The notes under the pieces: model-generated
The model's database searches: none
Told to the model about the DNA's origin: nothing
What the model saw: the letters and a program-made list of their open reading frames with translations, nothing else
Shown here: positions 59,037 to 64,000 of the stretch, piece after piece
Numbering within the stretch: position 1 is the first letter of the stretch
Layout of the letters: each line of letters starts with the position of its first letter
Assembly (NCBI GenBank): GCA_020627685.1
Contig: JAHDGK010000007.1
Span: forward strand, 27,612-91,611
DNA from: Granulosicoccus sp.
GTDB taxonomy: Bacteria; Pseudomonadota; Gammaproteobacteria; Granulosicoccales; Granulosicoccaceae
Length of the DNA: 64,000 nucleotides
Reading direction: 5' to 3'
Made by a program: the position numbers and the translations under genes

Positions 59037-59741
59037 CTATTCGTTTTCCAGTATCTCGAATTTATAACCGATCCCGTAGACAGAGTGAATATAACTAGTT
59101 GCCTCATCGACCGTTTCGAGTTTCTGCCTGAGTTTTTTGACGTGACTGTCTATGGTGCGATCACTGACTATTCGGTTGTCATCGTACATACGTCTCATTA
59201 GTTGAGCGCGATTGAATATTTGTCCAGGTCTCTCATGCATTGCGCCTAGTAGACGTAGCTCAACGGCGGTCAGAGGGCACACTTGCTCATTTATTCGCAC
59301 GCTTGCCGTTCCCTCATCAAAGACAAAAGAGCTGTCTGATGCTGTCTCAGGCGTGCTAGCGTCTGTGCCATTCTGCGGTGTAGTGCCTGTTCGTCGTAGT
59401 ACAGCTTTGACGCGAGCAACGACTTCTCTGGGGCTAAACGGCTTGCAAATGTAATCATCAGCACCGATTTCCAACCCTAGCAGCCGATCAATTTCTTGTG
59501 CTTTGGCTGTGAGCATGATGATAGGAACATTTGAATGCTTACGCAGTTCGCGGCAGATGCTCATGCCGTCTGTACCGGGTAACATTAAGTCCAGCAAAAT
59601 CAAATCGCCTGGGTTTTTCATAAGGCTGTCCAGAGCCTCACTTCCGTCATGATAAATTGACGTGTTGAAACCGTCGTTTTGTAAATAGTCCTTGAGTAGA
59701 TTTGCTAGTTTTGGCTCATCTTCAACAATGCTGATGTTCAT
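59037..59741 (-). CDS. OmpR-family response regulator (BaeR-like)
   Basis: VEDEPKLA, LILLDLMLPGTDG, LEIGADDYICKPFSPREVVARVKAVLRR and RTIDSHVKKLRQKL motifs. Confidence 0.92.
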   Translation of the reverse strand: MNISIVEDEPKLANLLKDYLQNDGFNTSIYHDGSEALDSLMKNPGDLILLDLMLPGTDGMSICRELRKHSNVPIIMLTAKAQEIDRLLGLEIGADDYICKPFSPREVVARVKAVLRRTGTTPQNGTDASTPETASDSSFVFDEGTASVRINEQVCPLTAVELRLLGAMHERPGQIFNRAQLMRRMYDDNRIVSDRTIDSHVKKLRQKLETVDEATSYIHSVYGIGYKFEILENE

Positions 59742-61189
59742 GTAGGATTGCTCGACTTTGAATCATGTAGCGGTATGAGTATTTCCAATTGCAAGCCACC
59801 CAAAGAAGAGTGACTGGCTGAGATTGAGCCGCGATGTGCGGTAATAATTTTTTCGACAATAGCCAGCCCAAGTCCTGCACCACCGTTGTTGCGATTCCTG
59901 GATTGCTCGGCGCGGAAAAGCGGATCGAAAAGCTGTGGTAAGTCTTCGTCAGCTAAACCGGGCCCAGAGTCATTCCATAGAATTTGTAGCTGGTCGTCCT
60001 GTTCTTGCAGCGTAATTTGTACGTGACCGTTATCGTCGGTATACCTAAGAGAGTTTTGTAAAATGTTATCCAGCATCTGCCCAAGGCGTTGGGTATCGCC
60101 GATAATTTCTGAATCGGCAGCGTTGCCTTCTAAATTAATAGAGATCCCATTTTCTACCCGATGAGTTTGTCCAGAGGAGATTCGCTCTTCAACAAGACGT
60201 TGTAACCGCATGGGGGCCATTTGGTATTCAAGCGCGCCGAGATCTGACAGCGATAGATCATGCAGGTCACTGATCAGCCGGCTAAGTCGCAGGGTTTCTG
60301 ATTGGAGAGAGCCTAGGGTATGAGAATCGAATGGACGAATGCCATCGTCAATCGCTTCAATCTCTCCTTGTAGAATAGCAACCGGGGTGCGCAACTCGTG
60401 CGATATTTCTGCAATCCATTTACGCCGGGCGGTACGACTTTGTTCAAGCGTCAAGGCGAGATGGTTTACATCTCGTGATAAGTCACCGAGCTCATCACGG
60501 CGGTTGGTTTGAACCCGCTGGTCAAAGTCCCCTCGACTGATCTCGCTGACAGCTTTACTGACGGTGAGAACAGGCTTCACGATTCTGGGCGCGATAATCG
60601 CCGCCAGAACGGCAGAGATAGCAACCATAAGTAAGGATACCCATGCCAGACTGCGTCGTTGCTGCTCAGCAAACACGCTCTCAAGTTGTCCTGGAAGCCC
60701 GTCGCTGACGATATAGCCGATGTATCCGACTACGGCATCATCGTAGTTAATCGGGAACCAGCTGAGTTCTCTATCGGTTCTTTCGCGACCGGCAACGACA
60801 GTCTTATCTTTGTCTACCAATACAAGTTGCGGAGGAGGGTGCTTTGAACGGTCACGGCCCTTGCCCGACTTTTGCTTTTTTCGCTCTGAAGTACCGGGCT
60901 GCTCTTGCGAGTTGTCGCGTCTTGATCCTTGTTTTGCAGATCCTCGCATGGCCAGCGCGCTGATGCGACGCCATTGATTGTCGTTATCTCGTATCCAATC
61001 CCAGTTTTCATTTTCAGAATACCCTTCCGCTAAGGAGTTTGAGAGTGATTCAAGAGCGCTGGTTTGGGATTGAGTAATATAATTGACGAAGCCACGCGAA
61101 AAACTCCATGTGTTAAACGCGTACAGACCGGCTATCAGCGTTGCGCTGGCCAGCAGTAAAATGATGAAAAGTTGGTATTTCAGCTTCAT
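59738..61189 (-). CDS. Sensor histidine kinase (BaeS-like)
   Basis: Two TM helices, HAMP domain, H-box ISHELRTP, N-box NSLRYT and G boxes DSGPG and GGAGLGL; ATGA overlap with the regulator. Confidence 0.92.
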   Translation of the reverse strand: MKLKYQLFIILLLASATLIAGLYAFNTWSFSRGFVNYITQSQTSALESLSNSLAEGYSENENWDWIRDNDNQWRRISALAMRGSAKQGSRRDNSQEQPGTSERKKQKSGKGRDRSKHPPPQLVLVDKDKTVVAGRERTDRELSWFPINYDDAVVGYIGYIVSDGLPGQLESVFAEQQRRSLAWVSLLMVAISAVLAAIIAPRIVKPVLTVSKAVSEISRGDFDQRVQTNRRDELGDLSRDVNHLALTLEQSRTARRKWIAEISHELRTPVAILQGEIEAIDDGIRPFDSHTLGSLQSETLRLSRLISDLHDLSLSDLGALEYQMAPMRLQRLVEERISSGQTHRVENGISINLEGNAADSEIIGDTQRLGQMLDNILQNSLRYTDDNGHVQITLQEQDDQLQILWNDSGPGLADEDLPQLFDPLFRAEQSRNRNNGGAGLGLAIVEKIITAHRGSISASHSSLGGLQLEILIPLHDSKSSNPT

Positions 61190-61331
61190 AGCTTACTTTA
61201 CGGCCAAAGCCTGAAAAATTCACGGTGTCTGATTCGAAAAACCGTTGAATTACTGATTCTTTGCACAATTGTACGGCGTGATTGGAGTCAATTGGTCCGT
61301 GACTGTTCAGCGGCGCATGCGTCAAGAGACA

Positions 61332-64000
61332 CTATTGCGGGGTTTGTCCGGTAAATTCTTCAAAGTAGCCATTGTCGTCAAGCAGCTGAACACGATAACT
61401 AAGCGAACTATCGTACACGGGTAAATCCACGATGGACGACGAGTATCTCCTTGCATAAATCAAGCTGCTGTCCGATTCATTAAACACTTTGACTATGGGT
61501 TCGGCAGTTGCCGCGACTCGGGGAATTAAAAAGCCTGAAGGTATTCGCCCGTCGTTAGCTGTCTGATCAATGGTGATCGGCCATCCGGGGTAGGGGGTAG
61601 CGGTAATGTCTGACGGGGAGCTATTCGCCGCCCATGCCTCAAACGTAAACTGCCTATTGGGTTTGTTAACTCGCACTATGCCGTAACCGATACCCAAGCT
61701 GTTTTTATCGACTTTGACTGAAGTGTCATAGCCATCATAGTAGACCGATGGATTTGCGGCAGCGAGAACGGTAATCAAATTACCGTGAATGTCACGGTAA
61801 GCGCCTAAGTTGTTCAGGTCTTTGTCACCGGGGCCATCCTCTTCGTTGAGTGGGTCCCATACCCGTGGAAATATATTAAGCATGGAAGGGCCTGCGAATT
61901 CGTATACAGCGTCGTCTTGATTCTCCACGCCATGCTTAAGAGACAGCCCTAAGTGTTGGTCGCCGCTGATGTGCGGTGCATAAGCTTTTCTCAATAAAGA
62001 TACAGCCTGGTCTCTGCCGGTTTTTGGCCAACCGTTTGAATCCCAGTCTCGTTTCAATTTCTTAAACCCCCGCCCGGAATGGGTTGTGCTCTGACTGAAC
62101 GGAGACTGAGACACTGCCAACTTCATGGACTGACCTGCCCAATCTTCAGCCCAGCTTTCTAGAAAGCGGTGTTGCCTTTCGCCCAGCAGTTGCTGATCCT
62201 CTAATGCCGTGAACGGGCCGGTTTTAAATTTTCGATCTTCAAGGACCGCTATGCCTACGCCACCATAGGTCAGGCTAGTAAAATAAACATTAATGCCTTG
62301 ATTTACCGGTGCACCATCGATCGGATCAGGAAGGCTGCCTGCCTGAGTGCGTTGTACCATGTTGACAAACGATGCCGGGTAAACGTAACCACCGTCTTCT
62401 TCGTTTTCCGCGCGGACGCCACTTTGGCCCCAGATGTTGCCTTGATAGACATCATGATCATCAGGCAGTACAAACGATGGCGTATTGCGCATGAGTTCTC
62501 TTGCCGACCAACCGAATTGAAACCACTTCCAAAGGTAGTCGGTCATCATGTCGGGGAGTTCTGTTTCTACAAGGCCGTTGGGGTCAAACTCATAAATTTG
62601 ATCACCAACGAAAGCGACCAGATGAGGGTCGTGTTCTAGCGAATTGTTTATCAATTCCTCGTGAGGGAACACGATTCGATCGCGAGTCCATGTAAATGGA
62701 TCGTTGAAGTTCTGTTGAATCCAACCTTCTGTTGCGCTGTTGGTTAAACCCGGTCTGCAGTTGTATAAACCGATAATGACTTCGGCTTCAGTAACAGGAT
62801 CTTTTTGAACAACACCATGAAAGTATGAATCGGTATCCGTGTCGGTGCGTGCCTGTGTCACCACGCGATACTGATAGCTATTCGCTGCGTCCCAGTTGTT
62901 GACGACGAAACGGGCAGTGAATGAGTCCGGGTCTATGGTGGCGGACGCAAGAGGATTCCATGCACCTTGCTGTAATACTTCAAGGGTGGGGTCAGCCATA
63001 TCGTCTGTACACAATGGTGGGTACTGTGCATTTAACGTTAGCGTGTCAATGTTAAGGGTATAACTGGCAAATAGAACAGGCCCAAATTCTCGGTCGGTTC
63101 GTTCGCGCAGCTTTGAACCCGCTCCCATCCAGTTATCAAACCAATGTGCGGTATCGCCCTCACCAGCCGTGGATACTAAAGCAATGTTTCCACGTAATCT
63201 GACTGCATCTATATTCGTTGTAGTGGATGTAACAACGTTATTGTCTTCGTCAAGTGCATAAACGTTGAGTGTGTAAAAGCCCTCTTGATGATACGTTCCA
63301 TCCAGCTGCAGTGAAGTACCCTGTGTGGCTTTTGCACTAGGCTTGCCTATGGCGAGAATTCGTTTATCAACACCGTTATCTCGTATGAAAACTTGTCCAA
63401 GGTTATTGATGCCAGCGACGATTCCGCCGTTATGACCGTGCCTGTTGTGAATCAGAGAAGCACTACGATAATCCATGTCTCCTCCAGCACCGATAAGAAA
63501 ACCGCTGTAGGAGCCATTGCCAGCTTTATTTACTGCGCCGGTATCTACGCTTAATGTGAAAGGAGCGGGGGCCTGTGAAAGTTCAGAGGTGATTCGATGG
63601 GTTGTACGTTGTGGCTGATATCGATTAGGCGCACGGGTTTCCAGACGCTCATTAACGACGTGCCAGTCTTGCAGTCGATTTGACCAGAAATGTCGCCCTG
63701 CCCATAGCCGGTTGCAGTGTTGGTCCCAGGTGTTAGTAAATATTATGTGTTCGCTATCAGCCGGATTAAAAAGACTGAGTTGAATCTCGTCAATAGATGC
63801 GACGGCTTCATCGCTCAAATTGCTGACACGCACACCCAGTTTTTTGCCTTCCCCCTCTGCATGTTGGCCGTAAGGACTGATCAGTTGCACGGCTTCCCAG
63901 TTGGGTTTGCCATTATCTATAAACAGGTGACGGGAATTGAGAACATCTAGTGAGTCATCTTCACCGACAGCAAGCACTTCAATTAATAAGTGAGCTTTTT
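61332..64000 (-). CDS. PhoD-like (alkaline phosphatase D) metallophosphatase with long N-terminal extension; 5' end outside the window
   Basis: FVGDQIYE, PDDHDVYQGN, EDRKFK and SGDQH motifs; the frame stays open from 63977 to the window edge. Confidence 0.75.
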   Translation of the reverse strand, partial: KAHLLIEVLAVGEDDSLDVLNSRHLFIDNGKPNWEAVQLISPYGQHAEGEGKKLGVRVSNLSDEAVASIDEIQLSLFNPADSEHIIFTNTWDQHCNRLWAGRHFWSNRLQDWHVVNERLETRAPNRYQPQRTTHRITSELSQAPAPFTLSVDTGAVNKAGNGSYSGFLIGAGGDMDYRSASLIHNRHGHNGGIVAGINNLGQVFIRDNGVDKRILAIGKPSAKATQGTSLQLDGTYHQEGFYTLNVYALDEDNNVVTSTTTNIDAVRLRGNIALVSTAGEGDTAHWFDNWMGAGSKLRERTDREFGPVLFASYTLNIDTLTLNAQYPPLCTDDMADPTLEVLQQGAWNPLASATIDPDSFTARFVVNNWDAANSYQYRVVTQARTDTDTDSYFHGVVQKDPVTEAEVIIGLYNCRPGLTNSATEGWIQQNFNDPFTWTRDRIVFPHEELINNSLEHDPHLVAFVGDQIYEFDPNGLVETELPDMMTDYLWKWFQFGWSARELMRNTPSFVLPDDHDVYQGNIWGQSGVRAENEEDGGYVYPASFVNMVQRTQAGSLPDPIDGAPVNQGINVYFTSLTYGGVGIAVLEDRKFKTGPFTALEDQQLLGERQHRFLESWAEDWAGQSMKLAVSQSPFSQSTTHSGRGFKKLKRDWDSNGWPKTGRDQAVSLLRKAYAPHISGDQHLGLSLKHGVENQDDAVYEFAGPSMLNIFPRVWDPLNEEDGPGDKDLNNLGAYRDIHGNLITVLAAANPSVYYDGYDTSVKVDKNSLGIGYGIVRVNKPNRQFTFEAWAANSSPSDITATPYPGWPITIDQTANDGRIPSGFLIPRVAATAEPIVKVFNESDSSLIYARRYSSSIVDLPVYDSSLSYRVQLLDDNGYFEEFTGQTPQ

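Noticed and set aside
1-64000. rRNA, tRNA, prophage, integrase or defence island
   Set aside because: No such signatures were seen. Composition looks uniform by eye and the window is dominated by core metabolic genes. A tRNAscan/Infernal run would confirm.

Overview
Gene-dense, roughly 50% GC chromosomal segment of a gammaproteobacterium. The trpEGDC-crp/vfr-osmC synteny is Pseudomonas/Xanthomonas-like; the Asp/Thr/Gly-repeat lipoproteins suggest a marine Chromatiales such as Granulosicoccus (tentative inference). Housekeeping content: class I fumarase (partial), trp operon, crp, rplM-rpsI, tmcA, amn, rmlC-D-B, a stand-alone EF-G and orphan cobST. Two regulons are recognisable: a sigmaE-ChrR singlet-oxygen module with furan-fatty-acid-type genes and back-to-back sigmaE promoters, and a reductive pyrimidine catabolism cluster with RutR boxes. 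No rRNA, tRNA, CRISPR array, prophage or intact IS was seen. Best leads: (1) an intact Y1/RAYT-type transposase homolog with a DnaA-C-like HTH whose catalytic residues are substituted (HxH to HVQ, catalytic Tyr to Phe), translationally coupled to a Nudix gene; (2) a coupled operon of two different ATP-grasp ligases plus an MFS-type transporter; (3) a chimeric regulator with a LacI-type ligand domain and a quorum-sensing LuxR-type C-terminal HTH, upstream of a CBM9-like lipoprotein; (4) an unannotated ~80-nt sigma54-type sRNA candidate with an exposed anti-Shine-Dalgarno motif upstream of rplM.
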